Positions 45,747-54,255 of a stretch of 64,000 nucleotides of DNA are shown here, piece by piece. Numbering within the stretch: the first letter of the stretch is position 1; every line of letters begins with the position of its first letter. Location: the IMG/VR virus record IMGVR_UViG_3300042522_001179, positions 183 to 64,182 of that record; one strand, written 5' to 3'. Under the pieces are notes generated by a model that was given only the letters and a program-made list of their open reading frames with translations, was not told the DNA's origin and did not search any database. The DNA comes from a virus. Lineage: Duplodnaviria > Caudoviricetes. The translations under genes and the position numbers were made by a program.

Positions 45747-48387
45747 CTTCTAATTCAAGCTCATCCTCCATTGTCGCACTACCATCTGCCTTTAGATCTA
45801 CACCGTAGAATTCTTTGTACTTTTCTTTATCAGATGCGACTTCTACAATGGAAGGCCAGCTTTCGTATTTCGAGCTGGACTCTCGCACTGCCACATTGAT
45901 TACACGCATGCCCCTGGTATTGCGTTTGCAGTATACATTGATTCCCAATTGGTGAGTGCAGATGTCAATAAATAGGGGTTCAAAACGACAGCGCGACATG
46001 ATGCCAACGTTGCAGTTACGACAGAACTCTGCATAGCTGGCATACAACCATTTGTCTTTGTTGGCATAAAAATTAGTAAGCCCCGCCGGTGCACTCCTGG
46101 TAAATCCAACAGCAGTACTGACGTTTACATCAAACACAACTTTATGTTCCATCCAGTCCAGGATTGGGTTAGACCGTAGGGTCTGCATCTTGCTGAACTT
46201 TTTGAAGAACGGCACCTTGTTTGACGTATCCATCAAGTAGTCACGCATATCTTCTTCATTCATATCCAGCAGCCAGTTCACCAATCCGGGCAGCAAGTGA
46301 GCAAACTCACCCTGCGGATCACCTTTGGAATTGAACTTAATCAATTCTTTTTGTTCATTAGGCCCGCCCTGGAAGGGGCGGTCAAAAGGAATGGTGAGAC
46401 GACGACGTGACAAACCAGATGTGTAGTCGGTGGTTTGAATTGCCTCGTTGGCAGTAACGATGACAACACCCTTGAACTGGAATGGCTCTTGATTCTCATT
46501 TTGATACTTGCGCTCAGAACGAATCCAGTCATTACCAGTGATTGCCTTTAGCCGTGATACGGAGCCACCCCAACGGTCTGCATCTTGGAACAGCAGCAGC
46601 TTTTTGCCCATGTAGCTTGCGGCTTCAAAACGGTTTTTCTCCAGATTTTCAAAGTCTGTTGAATAAACGTTCTTGCGTCCAACTAATGCCACGGCCAGGT
46701 TTGCATAAGTTGATTTACCAGATTTACCTGGGCCGACGATCTCAACAAACTTTTGAATTTCGTAACGTCCCAGAAGTGTTGCCCGCAGCCATGCCCGCAG
46801 GACTTGCGTACGCTCCCAGCTATCGTGCTGCGTATGCTTCAGCCATTTAATAATATCTTCACATGTGGCGGCAGGGTTGTACTCATAGGGCATCTGCTGG
46901 GTCAGATAAAAATCCCTTGTAAAAGGCAACAGTTCTTTTGTGTCCACGTCCAGGACACCATTTAAGAACAGCAAGTAGCTGCCGCCGTCGTACCAATCTT
47001 TGAAGTAAAGCGTGGATTGTAGGTGCTCATACATGTCACCCATCATTTTAGAGTTGAAACCAGTTTTGACCAGATCAGGCATTGCCTTCAACTTGGCACG
47101 GATATCGCCATACATTTCAATCTTGCTTAACGGTGACCAAAGACCAGGCCCTTCGTGCTGATACATGAAAAATTGCCCGTGCACCAAGCTATACAGCAGG
47201 TTCCCCTGGTACATTTGCAAGAGCATATCCGCAATCACATCAGATGATGCGTTCCGTACTTGTTGGTCTTTGCCTTGTTTTTCCGTTTTTTCAGTCTCCA
47301 GTTGACGCTGCTGCCTCGGTTTCCGAGTCGGCTTCTTACCTACAGCAGGAGCAGTTTCTTCAAGTAGTGCCATTACTTCCAAGTCCGGTTCAATCGATTC
47401 CAACAGAGTGGACACATGTTCAAGTGTCGCATCATCAACATTCATCGCCTTATAGTCCTGAGAAGGCTTCCAACCCTGCTCACGAGCCACATGAATCAGA
47501 GAGCCAAGACCACGACCACCCCCTTTACTGAAGGAGCGCCACCGTTTTTGGCACTCACCATCACGGTATTTTTCTGATTGCTTAGACCATTCGTCCCATT
47601 CATCCAACAGGGATTCATCCAATGAATGGAGCGTCTGGCCGACCGTAATCCAGATGTCGTAATCATCTGCAGCTTCCGGAGGCATCCCCCATGTTGCCTC
47701 CACAGCCAGCTGCATGTCGCGTTCCAGGTCAACCTTGGACTGCACCACAAAACCAGGACCAACAACCCTAGTAGTTTCCTGGGCCGGAACTCCCTGCTTG
47801 ACATTTTTATTAATGATCTCAGTCAGTAACCAGTCAGGGAAATCAGGCAGGCTATCCACCCACTCAAACCCTTGATCAGGCGCAGTAAAGTACCCATCCG
47901 TCTCAGGGTGCAGACCCATTAACACGCCTTGGTGCTTACACCAAAGGATCTCAAGCTTCTCTTTATTTCCTTCAGCGTGCCAAGTGTATTTGTTACGGAT
48001 GAAATGCTTCTGTTTGTCGCGGGGCAACTTGTACAGTTTGCGTTCGCGCCCAGGCTTACCACTTTGAATGGTCAGCGTTTTTGGTAAAGCTTCATTGAAC
48101 TCCAGAGAGGAGATAGAAGTGATGAGGTCGTAAACAGTTGGCCCGTCAACGTCAACCCATACGAAGCCGTAAGGATTGTTATAGGCGGGCCCACCAAGAA
48201 GGCCAATCGCTTTGCAAGTTCCATTTAAGATTTCTTCTTCAATTTCACGGACGCTGAATGGTTTGTTTTGCCAGCCGGTCGTGTAAGGGTCTTTGTTGGC
48301 GCCCAGGGGGGTGAGCGGCCAGTCGATAGGAATGTATTCGAGCTTGATTTCGCCCGGTTTGAGGGCCTGCTGGTTCTTGCTGGTCAT
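45739..48387 (-). CDS. primase-helicase (Prim-Pol N-terminus, PriCT-2, D5/P4-type SF3 helicase)
   Basis: WVDVDG, YDIWITVGQTLH...WDEWSKQSEKY, Walker A GPGKSGKST, LKAITGND. Confidence 0.92.
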   Translation of the reverse strand: MTSKNQQALKPGEIKLEYIPIDWPLTPLGANKDPYTTGWQNKPFSVREIEEEILNGTCKAIGLLGGPAYNNPYGFVWVDVDGPTVYDLITSISSLEFNEALPKTLTIQSGKPGRERKLYKLPRDKQKHFIRNKYTWHAEGNKEKLEILWCKHQGVLMGLHPETDGYFTAPDQGFEWVDSLPDFPDWLLTEIINKNVKQGVPAQETTRVVGPGFVVQSKVDLERDMQLAVEATWGMPPEAADDYDIWITVGQTLHSLDESLLDEWDEWSKQSEKYRDGECQKRWRSFSKGGGRGLGSLIHVAREQGWKPSQDYKAMNVDDATLEHVSTLLESIEPDLEVMALLEETAPAVGKKPTRKPRQQRQLETEKTEKQGKDQQVRNASSDVIADMLLQMYQGNLLYSLVHGQFFMYQHEGPGLWSPLSKIEMYGDIRAKLKAMPDLVKTGFNSKMMGDMYEHLQSTLYFKDWYDGGSYLLFLNGVLDVDTKELLPFTRDFYLTQQMPYEYNPAATCEDIIKWLKHTQHDSWERTQVLRAWLRATLLGRYEIQKFVEIVGPGKSGKSTYANLAVALVGRKNVYSTDFENLEKNRFEAASYMGKKLLLFQDADRWGGSVSRLKAITGNDWIRSERKYQNENQEPFQFKGVVIVTANEAIQTTDYTSGLSRRRLTIPFDRPFQGGPNEQKELIKFNSKGDPQGEFAHLLPGLVNWLLDMNEEDMRDYLMDTSNKVPFFKKFSKMQTLRSNPILDWMEHKVVFDVNVSTAVGFTRSAPAGLTNFYANKDKWLYASYAEFCRNCNVGIMSRCRFEPLFIDICTHQLGINVYCKRNTRGMRVINVAVRESSSKYESWPSIVEVASDKEKYKEFYGVDLKADGSATMEDELELEDV

Positions 48388-48569
48388 GCTCGCTTCTGTT
48401 CCTTGAGTTCTACTTTAAAGTCTCGCGTGGGGTAGTACGTTTCTTTTGTCACAACAAATGCATGAAGATGCATAACGGTGGGCAGACAAAAACAGTCCCC
48501 GTCCGCCGCATTATCCATGAGGCTACGGAGCGTATTTATCCACTCACCAATGGCCACGGGAATGTCCAT
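48384..48569 (-). CDS. small hypothetical protein
   Basis: ATGA-coupled to the primase gene. Confidence 0.6.
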   Translation of the reverse strand: MDIPVAIGEWINTLRSLMDNAADGDCFCLPTVMHLHAFVVTKETYYPTRDFKVELKEQKRA

Positions 48570-48638
48570 TGGGTTGGAGATGAGACTTTTATTATCCTAC
48601 GGGCACCAATCCACGCTGCCCTCAAATAATCCTATAGA

Positions 48639-48812
48639 TTACTTGGACTCTTCAGTCCCAGACTGGGATTTCTTAATTTCTTCATCCCATTCTTTCATGA
48701 TCTGATTGTAGGAATCCACTGGATCCCTACCAGTCTCAATACAAGACGAGGTTGCAACAGACCAGGCGATGCGCTTGCGTCGTTCTAAGGGATTATCAGT
48801 ATTCCAGGGCAT
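48639..48812 (-). CDS. 57-aa hypothetical protein (below ORF-track cutoff)
   Basis: MPWNTDNPLERRKRIAWSVA...; starts 3 nt after the nuclease stop. Confidence 0.55.
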   Translation of the reverse strand: MPWNTDNPLERRKRIAWSVATSSCIETGRDPVDSYNQIMKEWDEEIKKSQSGTEESK

Positions 48813-48815
48813 GGC

Positions 48816-49670
48816 TCAGATCAGATCAGGGTCGTACACATTGCAATGTTCGATCTGTTTGTAGTACTCTTCTACTACTTTCAACCAGTCTCCCCTCAAG
48901 GAATCCAGAAACTTCCTGGAGATCTTAAAGACTTGTGTACGTACAGGTGTCGACACCAAGATGGCTGCTTGCTGAACCCGCATACCAAGAGTCTGCTCAA
49001 TACCTAGGTCATAAGCAGCGAGTTGCTTACAGGTCTTTTTGAATTTCATGTGACCTCCCAAGAGATCGCGCCATTCAACCGACCCTTTCTCCAGGTCTTT
49101 GGGCCACTTGCGACTGTATGGCTTGACACTGGTCTTCAAGTCGGCAAGCGTCAGTTTATTTCCTACGACACCAATGATGTCAGGCGAACCAACCCAAGCC
49201 CTGCCCTCATCATCGTGGGCCCACACCCTGCCGATACCATCTTCTGATAATGTGAATTGATGTTTGTCCAGCAGAGGAGTCTCTGCCCATAGCACCTCGT
49301 CAAACTGATCGAGGATACCTGGCATCCCAGCCCAAAATTCTTGGTACTCCTCAGCAATGTCAGGGTTCTTGTCCCCTTTTAGGTAGCACTCCATGCCATA
49401 GTGGATAGCAGTTCCACGTTCGGCAGCAGCTTCCTTTACGCCTGGATTGTTCTTACTCCACATCTCCAGCTTCCGTTTGTTTGCTTCGGATGCTGTCTCT
49501 GAAATAATTGTAGTTACACTGGGCGCCGGCCCTGTTACAAACGGGGTATGGTAGTGTCGCTTTCCGTTGATTGTAATACGGGCGGGGCGGCTGTTCAGCT
49601 CCCGCATCAACTCTGGTTGCTCTTGATATTTCAGCGACCATGGGTCGCTTGATTCCAGTTTAGCAACCAT
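48816..49670 (-). CDS. PD-(D/E)XK exonuclease
   Basis: PSVTTII, AAERGTAIH, E..L, GSPD, LADLKTS, QLAAY; start at ATG 49670 inferred. Confidence 0.88.
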   Translation of the reverse strand: MVAKLESSDPWSLKYQEQPELMRELNSRPARITINGKRHYHTPFVTGPAPSVTTIISETASEANKRKLEMWSKNNPGVKEAAAERGTAIHYGMECYLKGDKNPDIAEEYQEFWAGMPGILDQFDEVLWAETPLLDKHQFTLSEDGIGRVWAHDDEGRAWVGSPDIIGVVGNKLTLADLKTSVKPYSRKWPKDLEKGSVEWRDLLGGHMKFKKTCKQLAAYDLGIEQTLGMRVQQAAILVSTPVRTQVFKISRKFLDSLRGDWLKVVEEYYKQIEHCNVYDPDLI

Positions 49671-49755
49671 TAACGGTTTTGTATATTGTTTATAAGATAG
49701 CGCATTTGCCAACCGTTTGGCTGTAGATTTCAAATAGTTCTGCGTGTAATTCCCC

Positions 49756-49848
49756 ATGAAAGGGTTTGAAATCTCTATTGGCACAGTCCTTGGCGCAATC
49801 CTCGTGCTAACCATTGTTGATATCTACATCATCTTTGGCTCTCACTGA
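49756..49848 (+). CDS. 30-aa single-TM peptide
   Basis: MKGFEISIGTVLGAILVLTIVDIYIIFGSH; TGATG-coupled to the next ORF. Confidence 0.5.
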   Translation: MKGFEISIGTVLGAILVLTIVDIYIIFGSH

Positions 49849-49997
49849 TGACCAGCAACCTCACCCGGTTCTACCTAGAAGAGGAGTTTGAGTACGTCGC
49901 CAAGGCTCCCGTCATCGACGTAGAAACTACGGAAGCTGACGAGGTTGAGCAAAAGCTCAAAGATCAAGATATTATTTATACACGCGTTGACTTGTGA
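49848..49997 (+). CDS. 49-aa acidic protein
   Basis: MTSNLTRFYLEEEFEY...; TGATG-coupled at both ends. Confidence 0.6.
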   Translation: MTSNLTRFYLEEEFEYVAKAPVIDVETTEADEVEQKLKDQDIIYTRVDL

Positions 49998-50740
49998 TGT
50001 CCAAAGCACCACCCATTGAGATGATCGGTACCATGGTCCTTAACGGGGCCGATGATCTGTGGAATCATTTTGCAAGTATTGATCATCCCCTCAAACGTTA
50101 TGTCATCATTGATAACTCTATGGGCAAGTACCCCGCAGTGCGGGGCACCATCGAACAAATCAAACAGGACAAACCTGAGCATATTGATGAAGTTGTAATA
50201 CTTCAAAACAATTTGAACGTCGGTTTCTCTGGTAGCGTCAATCAAATTGTTCGTCAGAATACCGACTGTTCATATTGGTGCATCTTTTCGGTGGATTGGC
50301 ATCCACGCCCAGGTGAGCTAGCCAAACTGGCAGAGCGTCTTACCAAACCATTCACTCAGTTTCTATGCGACGAAACAATGAGTGGATATTCGGCTATGGT
50401 ATTTAAGCCCCAACTAATTCAAAAGGTTGGGCTAATGGACGAAAACTTTTTTCCCGCATACTTCGAGGACAATGATCATCGGTATCGCATGGAACTTACT
50501 GGGCTCTCATGGGATTACTTTCAGATGGCCTTTGACCACAAAGTTAGCAGCACCTTGCACAGCAATGAGCAATTCAAAAACCGAAACAATGTCACATACC
50601 ACAACAACGGAATGTATTACCTTGAAAAATGGGGAGGATTCCCTGGAAACGAACGATACAAACATCCTTTCAACAGCAAAGCCCCAGTCTCCCACTGGAG
50701 CTATGATCCAAAACGAAGCGAGCAACAGCGATGGATTTGA
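49997..50740 (+). CDS. GT2-like glycosyltransferase
   Basis: VIIDNS, NVGFSGSVN, VGLMDENFFPAYFEDND. Confidence 0.88.
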   Translation: MSKAPPIEMIGTMVLNGADDLWNHFASIDHPLKRYVIIDNSMGKYPAVRGTIEQIKQDKPEHIDEVVILQNNLNVGFSGSVNQIVRQNTDCSYWCIFSVDWHPRPGELAKLAERLTKPFTQFLCDETMSGYSAMVFKPQLIQKVGLMDENFFPAYFEDNDHRYRMELTGLSWDYFQMAFDHKVSSTLHSNEQFKNRNNVTYHNNGMYYLEKWGGFPGNERYKHPFNSKAPVSHWSYDPKRSEQQRWI

Positions 50741-51576
50741 GTCTTTACGGCGGGACGGGTATTATCGGCACTTATTTCAACGGTTTGTACGCTTGCAATA
50801 ACATCCCACGCAACCAGCTTGAACCCCTGGGTGACGAGGTACTGTACTTAATCAGTACAACAGATAACACTACGTTCAAAGAAAATCCGTTTGTTGACGT
50901 AGATACTAATCTTGTGCAGCTTTTGCACAGGCTGGAAGCATGCCGTCGTGTTGGAATCAAGACATTTAACTTTGTAAGCAGTTGGTTTGTTTACGGCTCT
51001 AGTTACAACTGCCCCAATGAAGAAGCCATCTGCGATCCCAAAGGGTTTTATTCCGTCACCAAGTATGCCGCAGAGAAGCTTTGCCGCACATACTGCACTG
51101 CCCATGGAATCAACTACCGCATCCTGCGTCTAGGCAATGTTTATGGCCATGATGGTTACGGTGATTACAGGCGCCATGCTTTGCATTACCTGATTAGGCA
51201 ACTGAAGTGGGACCGGGATATTAATGTTTACATCAATTTATCTCGCGACTACATCCATATCTTGGATACCTGTCGTGCCATTGACTTGATCTGCAGGCAA
51301 GGCATCCTTAACTCCACGTACAACATTGGCACAGGCATTGCAACACGCCTAGGCGATTGCCTGGACCAAGCCAAAGACTTACTTAAATCCAAAGCGTGTG
51401 TCCTTCGTTCCAATGTTCCTTGTGACTATGACCAAGCAATTAGATTTTCTTTGGACTGTGGCCGTCTTTTTAGGTTAGGATTTGAACCACAGATTGCCAT
51501 CCAACAAGGCATCACAGATTTATGTCTAAATCGAAAGTTCTGTACTCCGGACCCTACTTTGATGGAGCAGAAGTAG
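50731..51576 (+). CDS. NAD-dependent epimerase/dehydratase
   Basis: GGTGIIG, SSWFVYG, YSVTK, LRLGNVYG, RDYIHILD. Confidence 0.9.
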   Translation: MDLSLYGGTGIIGTYFNGLYACNNIPRNQLEPLGDEVLYLISTTDNTTFKENPFVDVDTNLVQLLHRLEACRRVGIKTFNFVSSWFVYGSSYNCPNEEAICDPKGFYSVTKYAAEKLCRTYCTAHGINYRILRLGNVYGHDGYGDYRRHALHYLIRQLKWDRDINVYINLSRDYIHILDTCRAIDLICRQGILNSTYNIGTGIATRLGDCLDQAKDLLKSKACVLRSNVPCDYDQAIRFSLDCGRLFRLGFEPQIAIQQGITDLCLNRKFCTPDPTLMEQK

Positions 51577-52778
51577 AGGCTGCTATCAAGACGCTTGAGA
51601 AAGGTGTCTGGTACCCAGCCGGTAAAGAGGTTGAAAAGTTTGAACGTCAGTTTTCAAAACGATTCAACTTCAAAGAATCTTTGATGGTCAACAGCGGTAG
51701 TTCCGCTAACCTTGTCATGGTTGCTGCCCTTAAGGCGTACTATGAATGGCCTGATGGCGCTGAAATTATTGTCAGTGTTGTTGGCTTCCCCACTACTGTC
51801 AACCCCATCATTCAAAATGGACTGACCCCCAAGTTTGTCGACATCACCTGGAGTGATCTAAACTGGGACCTTGATGAGGTTGAAGATGCAATCACAGACA
51901 AAACGGTGGCTGTATTTAGTAGTCCTGTTTTGGGGAACAGCTATGACATGGATCGTCTGGTCGATATTTGTGAACGCCGTCAAGTCAAGCTCATTGCTGA
52001 TAACTGCGATTCACTAGGTTCCCGCTGGAATGATCTGTACCTAACAGAGTATGCAGTAGCTGCATCTTGTTCTTTTTATCCTGCACACCACATCACTACC
52101 CTTGAAGGTGGCATGGTGTCTTCTGGTAATCCAGAGCTCATTCGTTTAGCTCGCCAGTTTGCCTGGTGGGGACGCGACTGCTATTGCGTTGGTGCTTGCA
52201 ACATGCTTGCCAACGGCAGTTGCAACAAGCGGTTTGATAAGTGGCTCGAGGATTACGATTGCGTGGTCGACCACAAGTATGTGTTCAGCCAGATTGGTTA
52301 CAACCTAAAGCCTTTGGATCTGCAAGGTGCAGTTGGTCAAGTTCAATTACGCAAGTTTGATGAAATCCACGACTTACGTCGTGATAATTATTCTTTTATC
52401 AAAGAATGTTTTGAAGGCTTCCCTTCTGAAGTACGTGTGATTGACGAAAAGCCACAAGCTGAAACGTCATGGTTTGGTGTGCCAATTGTATGTGACAATC
52501 CTAAAGTGAAGCATGCACTTCAGCAGTATCTCGAAAAGAATGGTATTCAAACGCGCAATTATTTTGCTGGTAATCTACTACTGCATCCAGCTTACAAGCA
52601 TCTTGGCAATCCCAAAGATTATCCAAATGCATACGAAGTACTGAAACGCGTATTTTTCCTTGGTACTTCCCCTACCTTGATTGATAGCGACTTGAATTAC
52701 ATTAAGAAAATCCTTCAAGACTTCATGGCAACTGCCCCTATTGGTCTCGATGGATACAGCTCTGCTTTTGTTATGTAG
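51522..52778 (+). CDS. rfbH: RfbH/DdhC-like CDP-4-keto-6-deoxyglucose 3-dehydratase (DegT superfamily)
   Basis: VNSGSSANL, DNCDSLG, SFYPAHHITTLEGG (His in place of the PLP Lys), Cys cluster WGRDCYC..C......C. Confidence 0.85.
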   Translation: MSKSKVLYSGPYFDGAEVEAAIKTLEKGVWYPAGKEVEKFERQFSKRFNFKESLMVNSGSSANLVMVAALKAYYEWPDGAEIIVSVVGFPTTVNPIIQNGLTPKFVDITWSDLNWDLDEVEDAITDKTVAVFSSPVLGNSYDMDRLVDICERRQVKLIADNCDSLGSRWNDLYLTEYAVAASCSFYPAHHITTLEGGMVSSGNPELIRLARQFAWWGRDCYCVGACNMLANGSCNKRFDKWLEDYDCVVDHKYVFSQIGYNLKPLDLQGAVGQVQLRKFDEIHDLRRDNYSFIKECFEGFPSEVRVIDEKPQAETSWFGVPIVCDNPKVKHALQQYLEKNGIQTRNYFAGNLLLHPAYKHLGNPKDYPNAYEVLKRVFFLGTSPTLIDSDLNYIKKILQDFMATAPIGLDGYSSAFVM

Positions 52779-52835
52779 TTTATTTAAAAGCCAATGCCCA
52801 TTACCTTTATACTTAAAGCACCAACCGAATCCCAA

Positions 52836-53042
52836 ATGGCTTTATCTAATCAAGTTAAGCAAGCTATTGATGATGCATCCGTTAATTTGCGAGAGGCATT
52901 AGCCTTTGCTGCACGCACGGAACATCCTGTTGTAATCAGCAGCTTGACTGAAATTCTCATTCGCTTAGACTCCCTGGAGCAAATGGAAGAGCTGATGGAT
53001 AAATTTGGTAAACCCAAAGACATTCCTACTTCCTTTGGCTAA
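52836..53042 (+). CDS. hypothetical protein
   Basis: ATG with TATACT box at 52808. Confidence 0.65.
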   Translation: MALSNQVKQAIDDASVNLREALAFAARTEHPVVISSLTEILIRLDSLEQMEELMDKFGKPKDIPTSFG

Positions 53043-53196
53043 ATACTCAGAGGAAGATCGACTTGCCGATTACTTTTGGAAGCTGGAAAGTGTAATGCCC
53101 CAGCCTCCAAGCAATTGGGCTGTTAATGCAAAACCATGTAAGTGGCTTAAACTAATAAAAGAAAGAAATAGTAAAGCCTCTGATGGCACAAGATGA
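53035..53196 (+). CDS. small hypothetical protein
   Basis: TTG overlapping the upstream stop. Confidence 0.4.
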   Translation: MAKYSEEDRLADYFWKLESVMPQPPSNWAVNAKPCKWLKLIKERNSKASDGTR

Positions 53197-53464
53197 TAGC
53201 AAATACTCCAAGCCGGAATTGCGCGAGAGTATTAAAGATCGTGTAATGGCTGGATCTAAAGGTGGTAAGCCGGGCCAATGGAGTGCACGCAAGGCTCAGC
53301 TTGTTGCTCAGAAGTATGAAGATGCAGGTGGTGGGTACAAGGGCGGTAAAGGTGATAGCCAAAAATCTTTAGAGAAATGGGGCAAAGAAAAATGGCAGAC
53401 CAAAGACGAGTACGAGAAACGCGGTAAGGCTAAAGCTGCAGCCAAGAGATATAAAGATGGCTGA
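53183..53464 (+). CDS. basic protein, N-terminal half of a widespread family (DUF5872-like)
   Basis: KPELRE.IK....GSKGGKPGQWSARKAQL....Y...GGGY. Confidence 0.75.
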   Translation: MAQDDSKYSKPELRESIKDRVMAGSKGGKPGQWSARKAQLVAQKYEDAGGGYKGGKGDSQKSLEKWGKEKWQTKDEYEKRGKAKAAAKRYKDG

Positions 53465-53663
53465 CAAAGCAATTCAATCTGGATATACCAAGCGTTACCT
53501 GCCAGAGAAAGCATGGGCCTCATTGTCTAAAGAAGAACGTGAGGAGACTGACCGTAAGAAACGCGCTGGCAGTAGAGAAGGAAAACAATTTGTACCCAAC
53601 ACTGAAACAGCAAAGAAAGCTGGTAAAGCAGCCCGTGCATCCAAACGTTATAAAGATAAATAA
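53457..53663 (+). CDS. basic protein, C-terminal half of the same family
   Basis: RYLPEKAWASLS.EE..ETDRKKR.GSREGKQFVPNT. Confidence 0.75.
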   Translation: MADKAIQSGYTKRYLPEKAWASLSKEEREETDRKKRAGSREGKQFVPNTETAKKAGKAARASKRYKDK

Positions 53664-53687
53664 CTCACGTATACTTAATAAAGATTC

Positions 53688-53891
53688 GTGATCATCATGG
53701 AAAAGAAAAAAGCTATTCCCCCCAAGAAAGCTGTGCCTCCCGCAAAAGGTAAAGCCGCTCCTCCCGTGAAAGGCAAGCCTGCTCCCCCTGTCAAAGGCAA
53801 AGGTGGCGCAACTGATAAGCAAGCGGAAGCCCGCGAAAAGTTTAAAGAGATGATCGCCAAGAAAAAAGCGGACGCTGCCAAAAAGAAATAA
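53688..53891 (+). CDS. Lys/Pro/Ala-rich small protein
   Basis: PPxKGK repeats; TATACT box at 53670. Confidence 0.65.
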   Translation: MIIMEKKKAIPPKKAVPPAKGKAAPPVKGKPAPPVKGKGGATDKQAEAREKFKEMIAKKKADAAKKK

Positions 53892-53901
53892 GGTATCGCG
53901 C

Positions 53902-53997
53902 TATACTTTCAGTGCTCAATACACACGTCTCGTCCCGTAGGTATTGGCGGTAAGTAGTTAGTCTCAGATCTCGGCTTGAGCAACCGAGATTTTTTTG
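53902..53997 (+). ncRNA. putative small RNA with its own -10 box and terminator
   Basis: TATACT 53902; CAATAC/GTATTG hairpin; terminator ATCTCGG-cttgagcaa-CCGAGAT followed by a T-run. Confidence 0.45.
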
Positions 53998-54008
53998 TTA
54001 TAATTCTG

Positions 54009-54255
54009 AGTGATAGAGGCCAGGTCCCTGTGCGCGTTAGGCACATAGCCTAGAAGGCGACACACCTGGTCCATCACACAACCCATACTGCTTTGTTGGT
54101 ATGGCGCAGCGCATGGACCGGAAATTTCCAGTCGTTGCGTTTGCGTACAACACCCCTCATGCCTAGCTTGATAACGAGGACGGCTTTACACCGGGCGCAC
54201 GGGCTTGCAGGCATCCTCACTCAGTTATCAATGACGCACAAACCGAGGGGTCACT
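54009..54255 (+). ncRNA. large structured, pseudoknotted ncRNA of unknown family
   Basis: TATAAT at 53999; about eight complementary stems covering most of the interval; no credible ORF. Confidence 0.65.

Noticed and set aside
48816-49670. Cas4-like nuclease as part of a CRISPR system
   Set aside because: No four-Cys Fe-S motif, no array and no other cas genes; ordinary phage PD-(D/E)XK exonuclease next to primase
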